Shown one piece after another: positions 17,522-28,900 of a DNA stretch of 64,000 nt (within the stretch, counting starts at the first letter, position 1; the number at the start of each line of letters is the position of its first letter). The translations under genes were made by a program, and so were the position numbers. Source of the stretch: Clostridiales bacterium DTU072 (lineage in GTDB: Bacteria > Bacillota > Clostridia > Christensenellales > DTU072); contig LFSG01000046.1 of the NCBI GenBank assembly GCA_001512685.1, forward strand, positions 17,707 to 81,706, read 5' to 3'. The notes under the pieces are model-generated. The model saw only the letters and a list, made by a program, of their open reading frames with translations, did not search any database and was not told where the DNA came from.

Positions 17522-19572
17522 ACGGGAATCAATTCAAACGCGAAATAGGCGTTTTCAGAATACCAAAGCGGGAAATTGGTACCCCAAACATTATTATACA
17601 GCACAAAAGACAAGCCTTCGGCAATGTCGGGGTATTTATTGTCAAACTTCAATATCTTGCCTTTGCCCATAGCCGCAAGCGGGGAATGGAAGTTTTTCAA
17701 AATAAATTTTTCTCCGCCTATGTCGAAGTTGATTTCTTCCACCGCCGAAAGATTGCGGTTGCCGTTGACGACTATATCGTAAGGGTTTATGGTTTCGCCC
17801 ATTTTTTTGTATCTCAAGCTGCCTTGGTCAATATTATGGTTAAAATGAATAAACAGCGCTTCGGGCAATCTTGAGGCGTCTTTATCCATCCATATGATTT
17901 TTTGCTTATATCCTATTTTGTTTTTGTAAAATGTATAGAGCGTTTCCAGTTTTCTGGGCGCTCCCAAAGCGTCGCTGAATTCGCTGTCAATGTCAAGCTG
18001 AATGTGAGCGCGCACAAAATCGCCCTCTTCCTTTACCGTTAATCTGTTAAGGAAATAAGCGAATCGACCCTGCGGGTATTTTTTGTCAAACAGATGCAAA
18101 AGAGGACGGGCAAAGTCGGGAATAACCCAGATTTTGTGTTCTTTCACATTGCGGGAATAATTGCTCAGCCAAAAATCGTAATCCTTTGAGCCGTATGAGC
18201 GGTAGTCGATTAAACTGTTATGGTTGCCGCTTATTACGGCCTTATCGCCCGCCGTAAAATTTTTTATTGCGCCGTATTTATTGAATTCCACCGTTATGTC
18301 GTTGAATTTTATCGTTCGGTTTTCCACATCTTCAAAGCCGTTTGTGCCAAAGCCTTTTTGTGGCCTAAGTTTTTTTAATGCCGCCAAAGCTTGGGCTTTC
18401 AGCTTGTCGTCCAATTTTTCCAGCGCTTTGTCTATATACTCCCGCTGTTCCGCCCAGCTTTTTTCTATGGCCGAGTAGCTGCCTTTATTATAAACGCCTT
18501 TTTTCCGCAAAAGGTCGGTTTTTATTTTCCAGCCCCAGCCCCTTAAACTTTTATAGTTTAATTTTACGATATCTTTTTGACGGGCGGCGTTAAAATCTTT
18601 TTTCAAATATATTCCGATGTCGGACAAATGCTTTTTTACATCCATTCCCCAGGTATGTTCGGCAAGCATTAAAATATGATTGGTCAAGTTTTCATAAGCG
18701 TTGGTGTTTCTTTTCAGCTCGCCGCTGCTCAGCCATTTATTTTTCAGCGATATAAGCTCCTTTATGGCCGCCGATTTGTAAGGGTCGCTGGCCGCGCCGT
18801 GTATCCAGCTGTCCCCGATTTCCGATGTTATTACGGGAAGCTTGTCTTTTACCCGCCACAGCGCCGAGGCGTATTCGTCGAGGGTGGACGCCTCCACCGT
18901 ATAATCGGGATAGCGCTTTTCCAGTTCGGCGTATATCCGCAACAAGCTGTCTTTGGCGTTGGGGCCGTGGTTGTCCATTGAATGGGCAAAAAATAAAATA
19001 TCGTCAATATGTTCGTTTTTGTATAAGCCGCCGTAGCTGTCTTCGTACAATACGATTATTTCATCTTCGTTGTGCTTCCATACGAAAGCTTGAGGCAGCT
19101 TGGGCGCCGCGGAGCTGTCGTTTACGCCTATGTGAAGCAGTTTAATGCCGTATTTCTTAAGCAAGGGGATTATAGCTTTTGTATGCCCGGGAACATCGGT
19201 CATTTTGGCGGCGCAAAGGTTGAGGCCGTATTTCTTTTTCAGCTTGGCTGCTATTTCCAGCCCGTATTCAAAGGTGTCTTTATCCAAAAGCTCGGTATGC
19301 GTGGTAAAGGGGAGGGCGTGAGGAGCGATATCGCCTCTTTCCAGCGCTTCTTCAAGCTGCTTTTTTATTTCGGGGCAAGCCTTTTTGAGGGCGTTTTCGA
19401 TAATCCATGAGCCCGTTGTCCATATAAATCTTTTTTTGTCGGTGTTGAGTTCTTTTGCCAATTTTATGGCGGCGGGGAAAAATTTTTCGATATAAAGCTT
19501 TTCGATTTCGGCCGCGTAATCGGTAAAACCTAAGTCCAAATGCGTTTTTGCTATAATATGGATTTTTTTCAT
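17515..19572 (-). CDS. Glycoside hydrolase, GH38 N-terminal-like (DUF5054-like)
   Basis: The start MKKIHIIAKTHLDLGFTDYAAE resembles the metal-binding N-terminus of the GH38/DUF5054 family. 685 aa with no signal peptide. The family call is from memory of the motif only. Confidence 0.55.
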   Translation of the reverse strand: MKKIHIIAKTHLDLGFTDYAAEIEKLYIEKFFPAAIKLAKELNTDKKRFIWTTGSWIIENALKKACPEIKKQLEEALERGDIAPHALPFTTHTELLDKDTFEYGLEIAAKLKKKYGLNLCAAKMTDVPGHTKAIIPLLKKYGIKLLHIGVNDSSAAPKLPQAFVWKHNEDEIIVLYEDSYGGLYKNEHIDDILFFAHSMDNHGPNAKDSLLRIYAELEKRYPDYTVEASTLDEYASALWRVKDKLPVITSEIGDSWIHGAASDPYKSAAIKELISLKNKWLSSGELKRNTNAYENLTNHILMLAEHTWGMDVKKHLSDIGIYLKKDFNAARQKDIVKLNYKSLRGWGWKIKTDLLRKKGVYNKGSYSAIEKSWAEQREYIDKALEKLDDKLKAQALAALKKLRPQKGFGTNGFEDVENRTIKFNDITVEFNKYGAIKNFTAGDKAVISGNHNSLIDYRSYGSKDYDFWLSNYSRNVKEHKIWVIPDFARPLLHLFDKKYPQGRFAYFLNRLTVKEEGDFVRAHIQLDIDSEFSDALGAPRKLETLYTFYKNKIGYKQKIIWMDKDASRLPEALFIHFNHNIDQGSLRYKKMGETINPYDIVVNGNRNLSAVEEINFDIGGEKFILKNFHSPLAAMGKGKILKFDNKYPDIAEGLSFVLYNNVWGTNFPLWYSENAYFAFELIPVQ

Positions 19573-19756
19573 ATATACCTCTACTTTGCGATTATATCAT
19601 ATATATTGAATCTGTAAAACAATCCGCCAAAGATTTTTAAGGTACAATTTAAGAGGCTTTGGTCCAATATGCAACATAAAACGACCTTGCTAATATAGTA
19701 TAATAGGTTCCTGCGTATATCCAAAACAATAATTCTTCTTTATGGGGAGGCAAAAA

Positions 19757-20218
19757 ATGATAACCAGAGCTAAAGCGACAATCAGCGGAGGACCCCATTA
19801 TCCTAATATAAACGGGGAGATATACTTTACGCAAATCAATTATTATGTGGAAATAGTGGTCAGAATTTACAGGCTCCCTTCTTTTTCGAGGGAAGACGGA
19901 AAAACGGTGGGCCCTTTCGGGTTTCACCTGCATACCGGCCAAAGCTGTGAAAAAGGCACAAAGGAAAATCCCTTTCCCCAAGCGGGAGAGCATTATAATC
20001 CGCACAATCAGCCGCATGGCAACCACGCCGGCGATTTTCCTATCCTAATGCCCTTAAAGGACGGAACCGTGGTAATGAGATTTCTTACCGACAAATTTAA
20101 GCTCGACGATGTGGTGGGAAGGGCGGTGGTTATACATGAATCTCCCGACGACTACCGCACTCAGCCTGCCGGCGGCAGCGGCATCAAGATAGCCTGCGGA
20201 ATAATTAAGCCGTTATAA
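19757..20218 (+). CDS. sodC: Cu/Zn superoxide dismutase family protein without a signal peptide
   Basis: All metal-ligand blocks are visible: GFHLH, GEHYNP, PHGNHAGD, VVIHE. I prefer the ATG at 19757 (GGGGAGG 6 nt upstream). Confidence 0.85.
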   Translation: MITRAKATISGGPHYPNINGEIYFTQINYYVEIVVRIYRLPSFSREDGKTVGPFGFHLHTGQSCEKGTKENPFPQAGEHYNPHNQPHGNHAGDFPILMPLKDGTVVMRFLTDKFKLDDVVGRAVVIHESPDDYRTQPAGGSGIKIACGIIKPL

Positions 20219-20251
20219 TTATTCATATCTTACAAGCAGACAAGCAAAATT

Positions 20252-20273
20252 ACGGAAGCGTGAGCGCTTCCGT
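20252..20273 (+). terminator. Probable terminator after the SOD gene
   Basis: A 9-bp stem ACGGAAGCG / CGCTTCCGT with a 4-nt loop, followed by a short T-run. Confidence 0.45.
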
Positions 20274-20506
20274 TTAGCCATGCCGTTTAACTTGAGGCAA
20301 AAATATCATAACCTCCATATAATATAGCGTAACTGAGAACGCCGCATAGGGCCCATGCTTAAGTTTGGATTAAGAATAATGTGCAAAAATAAGGGCGTGA
20401 ACGCGCTTGGGTTGCCTTTGAAGAAAAAATTAGTAAAATAGGACAAAACACGCGACGGATAAGCAAGTAGCCAAAAATACCCAGCTTGCCAAAAAAATAT
20501 TAAATG

Positions 20507-20535
20507 TTGACATCGCAAAATTAATACCTTATAAT
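20507..20535 (+). promoter_or_regulatory. Near-consensus promoter of the first giant-locus gene
   Basis: TTGACA (20507-20512), a 17-nt spacer, then TATAAT (20530-20535), ~30 nt upstream of the start codon. Confidence 0.6.
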
Positions 20536-20565
20536 TTATTCACAAAATCTTGTATGGAGGGTTAT

Positions 20566-22725
20566 ATGAAGAAAAACATTTTCACTAAGGTCATGCTTGT
20601 CCTGCTGATTGTTTTGCTTTCATTGTGCGTTGTGGCTTGTAAAAAACCAAAAGGCAACGACGGCGGTAATGGCGGAAACGGCGGTAACGGCGGTAACAAC
20701 GAAGAAGACAATGTCGCGACCGTATCTGACATTTTTACCATGATCGAAGCGCTTAAGCCTTTGGGAAAAGGCATTGACCTTGTCGATGACACATTAAATG
20801 CCGATATTTCTTTGGCGATCGAAATGGGAGATACCCAATATGTATTGAACGTCAAGGGAAATATTTACGAACAAACGCCCGAAAACAATCAAGCGCTTGT
20901 TGAGCTTAAAAACGAGGATGGCGTAGTGCTGGGCGTTTATTTGAAGGACGGAGAAGTTTATCTTAATCAAGAATTCACCAGAAGCACTCCTTACGCGAAG
21001 TTCTCCCGGCTTGACGGCACGGAATTCAACAAAGAGCTGAGCAAGCTTCCCGGAATCATCAAAGATCTTGATTTGAATCTTGAAGACGCGTTAGGCGAAT
21101 TAAGGAACTCGGATATTGCCGATTTGCTTGAACTGCTGGATATGATTCTTGAAGACAATCCTTTCCTTACTTACAAAGAAGAAGGCAATACCCATACCCT
21201 TAAAATAGTGTCCGAAGAATTGGGTAAAGCCATAAGCTCGCTATTGAGCACCATAGGAGACAAGTTAGGAGATTTTGAGGGCCTTATCGATACGGCCAGC
21301 AATTTCCTTTTTGGCGTAGGTATCGACGGACTTGAGACCGCTACCGATTTCCCCGAAATATCCATTCAGGTAACCTCAGAAGATGACGGAACCTGCGGAC
21401 TGAAACTCCATTATATCGGCGACTTGGATAAAGAAAAAGCCGGCAATGAGACCTTGAGGGTAGAAATCAGCGCATTTGTGGACAACGATACCAATGTCAG
21501 CATTAATTTCCCCAATTTTGCTTCATACAAAGAGGCCGCGTTAAAAGCTTCGGTAACCATTGATTTGGGATTAAAGGATATTTATCTTAAAGCCGATATT
21601 TTTGCCGATCCCGACTTTACGAGCGACTCCATAAGGCCCACCGCTTATTTGAAGGCCTATGACCAAAGCCATTACGAGATAGCCGATTTGGATGCCGTGT
21701 ATGACGGAGAAAAATTGTACTTTGACATAGCCGGCCTTTATGATTTGGTAGGCTTGGAAGCGCCTGAAAAAGAAAACACAATGTATTATGTGGAGTATAA
21801 ATTCTTTGACAACTCTGATGAACCCGGCGATCCCACGCCCGTTGATCCTCAACCCGACGAGGACGAAGAAGAATCAGAACCAAGCTATTTGCCTTTTGAG
21901 CTTAGCGGCGATTTCTTGGGACAATTGGTAGGCAAAATTACCGACATAATCGATTTGCTTAAGGATACGGTCAGCAATAAGGCGCTCGTCATCGATGTGG
22001 ATACCGCGCTTAAGCTTGTAGACGGTTTCTTGGTAAAATATGACGGCCCGGTATACTCCAAAAATACCACATTAGAAGAATATGAAGAGCTCCTTGCCGC
22101 GAAGTCTTCCGATTATAAAGAAGACGAAGAGTATACTGCAGCGCAAATAACCGCTATGGCCAAAAAAGTGCTGAAGGAAAACTTAGAGGAAGATAAGACC
22201 CTGGCGGACTTCCTTGATGAGTTTGAAAATGAAGCCGAGGGCTACAAGGTTATTCAAGCGCTTCTTGACGATTTGTACAGAAGCACCGAAAAATATGACA
22301 GGAACGCCATGATAGCGGACATCGAGGAAGCGCTCGCCAAATTCGCGACCGATGAATTTATCAGCAAAAAGCCTGATGCCACGGTGGCGGATAAAGCTCA
22401 ATCCGTTATATACGAAATCACCGGTTTGAACATTTCGGTTGAAGAGCTTGTGGAAGCCAAAGGCGACGACAATGTGGATATCTACCTTGGCCTTCTTGAG
22501 GAGGGTCTGGGAATAGAGCTTAACCTGTCCGCCGGCGACAATGAAATTTTGAATTTCGTAGTCGAAATCGATTTGGTGGAAGCTTCAGAGATTGGCGAGG
22601 AAGATACAGAGAAATATGAGAGCGCTGTGGAAGTAGGCTCCAAGAATGAGAATGACGAATATATCATTCTTAATCAATTGCAAGAATTATTGGACGCTTA
22701 CAGAGACAGAGCCCTTGCCAACTAA
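20566..22725 (+). CDS. Acidic lipoprotein (719 aa), a stand-alone copy of the giant-protein head module
   Basis: GGAGGG RBS, then MKKNIFTKVMLVLLIVLLSLCVVAC (lipobox), then a Gly/Asn linker. There is by-eye collinear similarity to the N-termini of the next two genes. Confidence 0.85.
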   Translation: MKKNIFTKVMLVLLIVLLSLCVVACKKPKGNDGGNGGNGGNGGNNEEDNVATVSDIFTMIEALKPLGKGIDLVDDTLNADISLAIEMGDTQYVLNVKGNIYEQTPENNQALVELKNEDGVVLGVYLKDGEVYLNQEFTRSTPYAKFSRLDGTEFNKELSKLPGIIKDLDLNLEDALGELRNSDIADLLELLDMILEDNPFLTYKEEGNTHTLKIVSEELGKAISSLLSTIGDKLGDFEGLIDTASNFLFGVGIDGLETATDFPEISIQVTSEDDGTCGLKLHYIGDLDKEKAGNETLRVEISAFVDNDTNVSINFPNFASYKEAALKASVTIDLGLKDIYLKADIFADPDFTSDSIRPTAYLKAYDQSHYEIADLDAVYDGEKLYFDIAGLYDLVGLEAPEKENTMYYVEYKFFDNSDEPGDPTPVDPQPDEDEEESEPSYLPFELSGDFLGQLVGKITDIIDLLKDTVSNKALVIDVDTALKLVDGFLVKYDGPVYSKNTTLEEYEELLAAKSSDYKEDEEYTAAQITAMAKKVLKENLEEDKTLADFLDEFENEAEGYKVIQALLDDLYRSTEKYDRNAMIADIEEALAKFATDEFISKKPDATVADKAQSVIYEITGLNISVEELVEAKGDDNVDIYLGLLEEGLGIELNLSAGDNEILNFVVEIDLVEASEIGEEDTEKYESAVEVGSKNENDEYIILNQLQELLDAYRDRALAN
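20662..20697 (+). repeat. Four tandem 9-bp units (GGCGGWAAY) encoding a GNG-repeat linker
   Basis: GGCGGTAAT GGCGGAAAC GGCGGTAAC GGCGGTAAC. The last two units are identical. Confidence 0.8.
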
Positions 22726-22769
22726 GCTTTAACCTGATTCGATTAACAAGCGGTCAAAACCGCGGTAAA

Positions 22770-22801
22770 CCAAAAGCCATCCCGTACGGGTTGGCTTTTG
22801 G
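22770..22801 (+). terminator. Intrinsic terminator after the 719-aa lipoprotein gene
   Basis: CCAAAAGCCA…TGGCTTTTGG 10-bp stem with an inner CCC/GGG, followed by a T-rich tail. Confidence 0.65.
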
Positions 22802-22882
22802 TGATTGTTTTATAATTTAACTTTTTCACTTATTTTACACAAAATATATACTCTATTTACTTTATTTTATATTCAATTAATA

Positions 22883-22911
22883 TTGACACTTTGATATATT
22901 TATATTAAAAT
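22883..22911 (+). promoter_or_regulatory. Predicted promoter of the two giant genes
   Basis: TTGACA (22883-22888), a 17-nt spacer, then TAAAAT (22906-22911). A 7-bp hairpin AAGGGCG/CGCCCTT (22933-22951) lies in the predicted leader. Confidence 0.55.
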
Positions 22912-22988
22912 AGATTTGCATATTTTTAATATAAGGGCGTATAGCGCCCTTTGACCGTCTTTACCTAACAGGCGATTGGAGGTCTTAG

Positions 22989-25900
22989 GTGTTACATAAA
23001 ATAAATTTGCGGAGAGTCATACTGGTTGTGCTGCTTGTGTTATTGTCGTTGAGCATTGTGGCATGCAAAGAGCTTCCTCCCGACGACAGTCCCACATACA
23101 GCATAAACGACGACGAGAAAAACCAAGCCAATAAAGACCAGAACACCAAAGAAACGGCCATAGAGAAAGTAACCACCTCCATTACCAACCTAAAAGAGCG
23201 TTTGAACAGCGAAAAAGTAGGAGAAGGCGGCTACTATTTAGGTTTTGACTTTTTTATCAATACCGCCAAAAACGATAATTTTATTTTGAAGCTGCAGGCC
23301 CATCTGTTTACTTACCCGTATATGAACGAATTCGGCGTCATCAGGGAAGATGATTTGGCAAAGCACAACGAGTTAATCAAAAAAAGCACCATATTGCTGG
23401 AATGGTATGACGGCCGAACAAACACAATGCTTATTGGCTTTTATTTTGACGGCGTAAAATCCAATCCCCACGACCCTGGCAACATACTTTACCTCAATTT
23501 GCAGGGCGAAAAGAGATGGTTCCCCGATTTTGGCGACACCGTGCTTTTCCAACAAATGATAAGGCTGATAACTTCTTTCAGCATAGACGATTTGCTGAAT
23601 AAGGCCGGCATAGGCGAAGACGGCGGCGTAAGCGCCATAGAAACCTTGCTGGACATGGCCATTACCAATAACTATAAAGTCGTCGTTAACCACGACGAAG
23701 AAAGCAACAAGGACATCACTTCCATTCGATTCGACAATGTGTCCTTGGATATGATTAGCGAGGATTTGACAGAAATTCTGCAAAGCATTTTTTCCCCGTT
23801 CAGCAATAAGATAGACCCTCTTACCAAAAAGTATTTGGGTTTCAGATTTTCCACGCTGGGGCGCACTTCGATAAGAAAGCTCAACACCAATCTGCAATTC
23901 TTTACCGAGCCCGACACCGACGGCTTGGAGGACATTCTTACGGGCGCTTATGTGGAGATGGACGGCACGGCCTATGTAGACAGCCAATCGGTGCCTTTTA
24001 CTTCCGTTGTCAACATATATTACGGCGTGGCCCCTCCCGAACCCATTCAGTTGGATAGGGAGTATTATAAATATTTCGATTACGGAAAATATGAGTTTAC
24101 GGGCAATTTGTATTTGCCCACCATGAACCTTCAAATGGACGCTTTGATACGAATGAAAATCAATGAGTTCGATAATACCACCAACCATGTTTTTTCCGAA
24201 TTCAGAGATATAGCCAACGGGGATTTGCTCATAGGCGCTTATTACAAAAATGAGCTGGCCTATTTTGACATCGAAGGGCTGCAGCATTTGTACGGCGGCA
24301 TAAAAATCGACGATATCGGTTTTCCCAAGGTATTTATTGAGGACTGGGATTTGGCCAAAATGCTGGGAAGCTTTAAGGATATGGTGGACAAAGCCATTAT
24401 CAGCATAGTGGACAACATTTTAGACCCTCTGGACAGACCTAAAAACAATATGCTTCAGGTAATAATGGCCAAGATGGAGTCTACCGAAAGAAAAGACGGC
24501 GATCCTTTGACGGTCCGGAATACCGTCATGATAAGAATAGACCATGAACTGTTGAAAGACGTTTTGCGTGAAGGCGGCTACGGCACATACACCACACGCG
24601 ACATCATTAATATCATTAACGCGCAATTGCCCATTACGCTGGACGAATTGTGCACCATTTTGGGAATAACCAGCGCCGAAATTCTGTTGGAGAAGACATG
24701 GATTAAGCTTACTTTGGATGTGGACACCAATATGCTTACCATTCAATTGTATTCCGACATAGGCATCAATGTGGGCGAACAGCCCAGCAAGCTGCTCATG
24801 CAATTGGACCTTATTCCCGTAAAAATCGGCGAAGACATGATAATAGCCGAAATCAGCTTTGACAATTTTAAGGAATTGCTGCCCATATATACTTATTCCG
24901 CCGAAATGGGCGGACAGTTTATTTTCTCCAATGCCGAAGTGGTTGATTTGTCGGAATTGCTGAGCTCTTTCATGGACGATATTTCGGGCTTGAACACTCC
25001 GTATATCCTGCCCGCCGAGGCCAAGCTTGATTTTACCTTGGTATACGACCAATACATCAAAGAGCAATATCTGCAAACGGTGCCGGGAGGGCCGCGGGAC
25101 GGCAGATGGACGAAAGCGTCGCGCAACGCCTTTATTTTGAACGTGTTCATTAAAGGCACCACGCCCGAGGACAATATCACTCTGTTCAATATATACGCAA
25201 ACGACGTTTCTTTCAAAACCAACGCTCCCGAAGAAGATTTGGGGTATATTTGGGTGGATTTGGTGTGCTTGAGAAGCAATCCCGACGTGCCCACCATTCC
25301 CAAATTCAAGATAAGGGAAGACTATTGGCTGCAATCGGTAAACAGGTATTTGAACAGCACTAAAGCCAGCGACAACGTGCAGCCCATCCTCAATCCCGAT
25401 ATCAGCCTTTCGATTACCACCATTATTTCCGCGCTTATGGAAGACTCGTATGTCGTTTTCCAACCCGAACAAATAGAAATAACCACATCCAATGAAACGG
25501 TGCAGAGTATTTTTGGGGTGGAAAGCCTTATAGGCACCATAAACGCCCAAATAGGATTGGTGCAAAGGGTGTTCGGCGTGGATCAAATAGAGGACGAATT
25601 CGCCGAATATTCGGTAGGATACTTTGAGGATATATACGCCGACGGGCCTTACACCACCAAGCTTCATGAAACCATAGACGTAACCTTTACTTTTAACCAG
25701 AACGGAAGAATTTGGTCAGAAACTTTGCCTTTGAGATTCAAATACGAGCCTAAGTCCGTGGAGGTAAAAGAAGACCCCACCATAAGGGAATACCATCCCA
25801 TTATCTACGGTCCCATACTCGTAAGCGAAACCTCTCCCCTTATCCATAGGTTCATGGGCGTTCAAAGAGGGTATACCATTTATATGACGGGCGGACAAAA

Positions 25901-28900
25901 CAGCCGTTTGAAATTGAGAGAGCTTGCCAACGACGATTGGTACGATCCCGAAGAAAAAAGGATTATAACAAAAGAAGAAATAGCCAATTATTCCGAAAGC
26001 GAAAAAGCTTATTTTGAAAGCATAAAGCATAAATTGCTGCCCCATTATAGATTGGAGCCCAGACTGCCCAAGCCTACCGAAATGGAGCTGTACGCCGGCG
26101 GCACGGGCAGCTCGGTCATAGTTACCTACGAAGCCAATATTTTGATAGATTGGGAATCGGTAACGCTTGCGGGAGGAGAATACTTTACCGAAGTAATCAT
26201 CGCCGAAGGCATGATGGGCGAAACCGTATTCCCGTTGCATATCGTGGTTACCAACAGAGTGGTGGACACCTCCAACATGAATCCCCAATATGTCAATGTT
26301 ACCGCAAATCCCGACAGCGACGAGCTTACAGAAGCTCCCGTAGTGGACAGGATAAGCATAGATCCGTATGATTATTTGTGGCAAAAGGCCATTTATTTTG
26401 AACAATACTTCAACCACAGGGTGTTCGATACCCCCCAATCCAAAGAGATAGCCAGACAGCAAACCAATATCGCTTTTATTCAATATTATTTCCGTAATTT
26501 CGATATCGCCATCCGCTTTGTGGATTTTGACGTGGATGTGGAAGATTACAGAGACACCCCCGCGCATAGGGTCAATGACCTTGTATGGTATTTCGACAGA
26601 TACGAGCCTACAAAATATTACAAAGAAACCGATATCGTGTTGTCGGGCGGCTCCACATATCTTCACGCCGATTTCAAGGGTCAAATCGTGGCTTTGCAGG
26701 TTGTTGTGGAAAGTCGCACCATCAGAGGGGTGTATTTTGACGGGGAAGAGGAAAACAATGTCTATACCGTTGATATGCTGGACAGCGACAGCTATGCCAT
26801 TCCGCTTTTCCCGCTGATAATATTTGAGGAAAAGGATGAAGGCGACAGGCATATTACGAGAAGGCTGATAGACGCCGATAACGGTATAGAAGTTCCCATG
26901 TTATGGTCTCATCCCATTGTGAACAATCCCCGCATAGAAGGCACGGACACGCCTTTCTTGGGTTCGGCAAGCAATCTGACAAGCTCTTATGTGGATTTAT
27001 ATAGAGCTTTGGGCGTGGGAGAATGGATATTCAAGGATTATTCGCCCATCGTGGTAATCAGGGTGGAATGCCCCTCCAAAGAAATAGCCGATTTGGAGCT
27101 TCCCCAACCTGTATACGGGTATAAAAACATAGACGATTGGCACAGCGGAATTACATCGGAGATAAAACCCTCGTATATTAACATCGGGGACGATCCTACT
27201 GGCTTTTATTATGTCGATCCCTTCAATCCGCAAACCGCCAAAATCCCCGGACACATAACCGTTACTTTCAAAGGCAGGCTGGGGCATCATGATTATTATA
27301 CAAAGGATTACAATGTGGTTTGGGATACAAGCTCGGGGCTTGTAAGATATGACAGCCAAGGCGATTATTATATGCTCACCGTCAATTCCGAGGAAGAAAC
27401 CTACCTTCAGCTTACGGCGATGGTAGGCAATGAGCAAGTGGGTTATATCGAAATTGTTTTATGCGTCAAGATATTGACTTCCCATTACACCGACATCAAT
27501 TTCTTTGACGATCAAGGCAATAAAATCGATATCGGGGGAACTCCTGAAGCGGGTTATGTATATTATGTGAATACTTACCAAGGGTTTAAGATACCCCATT
27601 CCTTCGCCGCGCTGTTTGGAGAGTCCGACGTAAGATATTATAACGCCGACTGGAAGGGCAAGAATATTTATGGCGAATATGTCATTGATTTGAAGGACAT
27701 ACAATTCAAGCCGGGCAGCGTGATAGAGCTGAAAACCACTTTGCCGGGAGCCGAAGGCGCCGTGCTTGAAGTAAGGCTGACCATAGACGTCAACAACGTC
27801 AATATAGAGAAAATCATCTTCACCAACATTCCCATGTGGAAAAATCTTCAAGGGCAGTTGGTGAAATTGCCGATTACTTTGAGACTGCAAGACCTTAATG
27901 ATTTAACTTTGGACGGAATAAGGCTGAATACCGAAGGAAAGGTGGAGAATCTGTACTTCGGCAGAGGCTTCTATACATATGAAGAATATGAGCAAGCCGG
28001 AGTGGATGTGCCGTATATAGAGGGCATTAAGGATGAATGGGGCAATTACATACAATTACCCGTTGAGCCCGTTTCCCTTTATCCGTATGAACTGCTGAGT
28101 ATCCTGTTCCTAAATACATGCTTAATCTTTGACGATGGCAGCAAAATGATAAAAGATTACGACATTCATAACCTCAGGGGCATTATGGACACTCAAGACA
28201 TAGTGCAGAAAGTGGGCGATACCGCCAACTTTAATTACGGCGGTGGCAAATATGTGGTAAGATTGGGCCAAGGACAAGGCGCCCATGACCTTACGATAAG
28301 AATAAGATTTACTTACGGTTTGTTCGTGGAAGCGGGCGGCCAGTCCGAAAGCTATGACATAGAACTTTATAATCCTGACGGCACGGCGATTTGGGGACCC
28401 GAAGGCTTTGTGCTTGCCGATAACGTAAGCGCAAGCATAGAGGTTTCGGTGCAAGAGACCGGCAATATGGTAACTTATTTATACGGACCTTTGCACGGCC
28501 AAGACGCCCCCAGACTGGATATATGGTATGTGGAAAACAGCAATGTGCCTTCCATTCCCATAGGCTCGTATATTTCTTACATCCCTCGCGAAATCCTTTA
28601 CGACAGCTCCCAAAACATCGTTTTGGAATTGTCTTTCCTTACCGAAAAGGGATTCAGAATTAAGCGCAGCTTCAATATCGTCAAGGTAAGCTTCTTGAAT
28701 ATGTACAGAAGCATTGATACTTATGACGACATATTTACCATAGAAAACGGCAGAATCGTAATAAAAGACTTGTATAAATTCTATCCGCTTGCTTTATACC
28801 TCAACAACGCCGACAATTTGCCTAAAATCATAAACAGGCATACCAGCTATTACGATATAACCATTTCCGATGTGCAATGGACGATAAGCCAAGAATGGAG

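Noticed and set aside
20306-20518. 70-aa reverse-strand ORF between the SOD gene and the first giant-locus gene
   Set aside because: It has no RBS and an implausible sequence. It overlaps the near-consensus promoter (20507-20535) and the AAGGGCGT element, so it is treated as non-coding control DNA.
20662-20697. The 9-bp GGCGGTAAC tandem as a phase-variation switch
   Set aside because: The unit length is a multiple of three, so slippage would change only the linker length (GNG repeats), not the reading frame. There are only two perfect copies.
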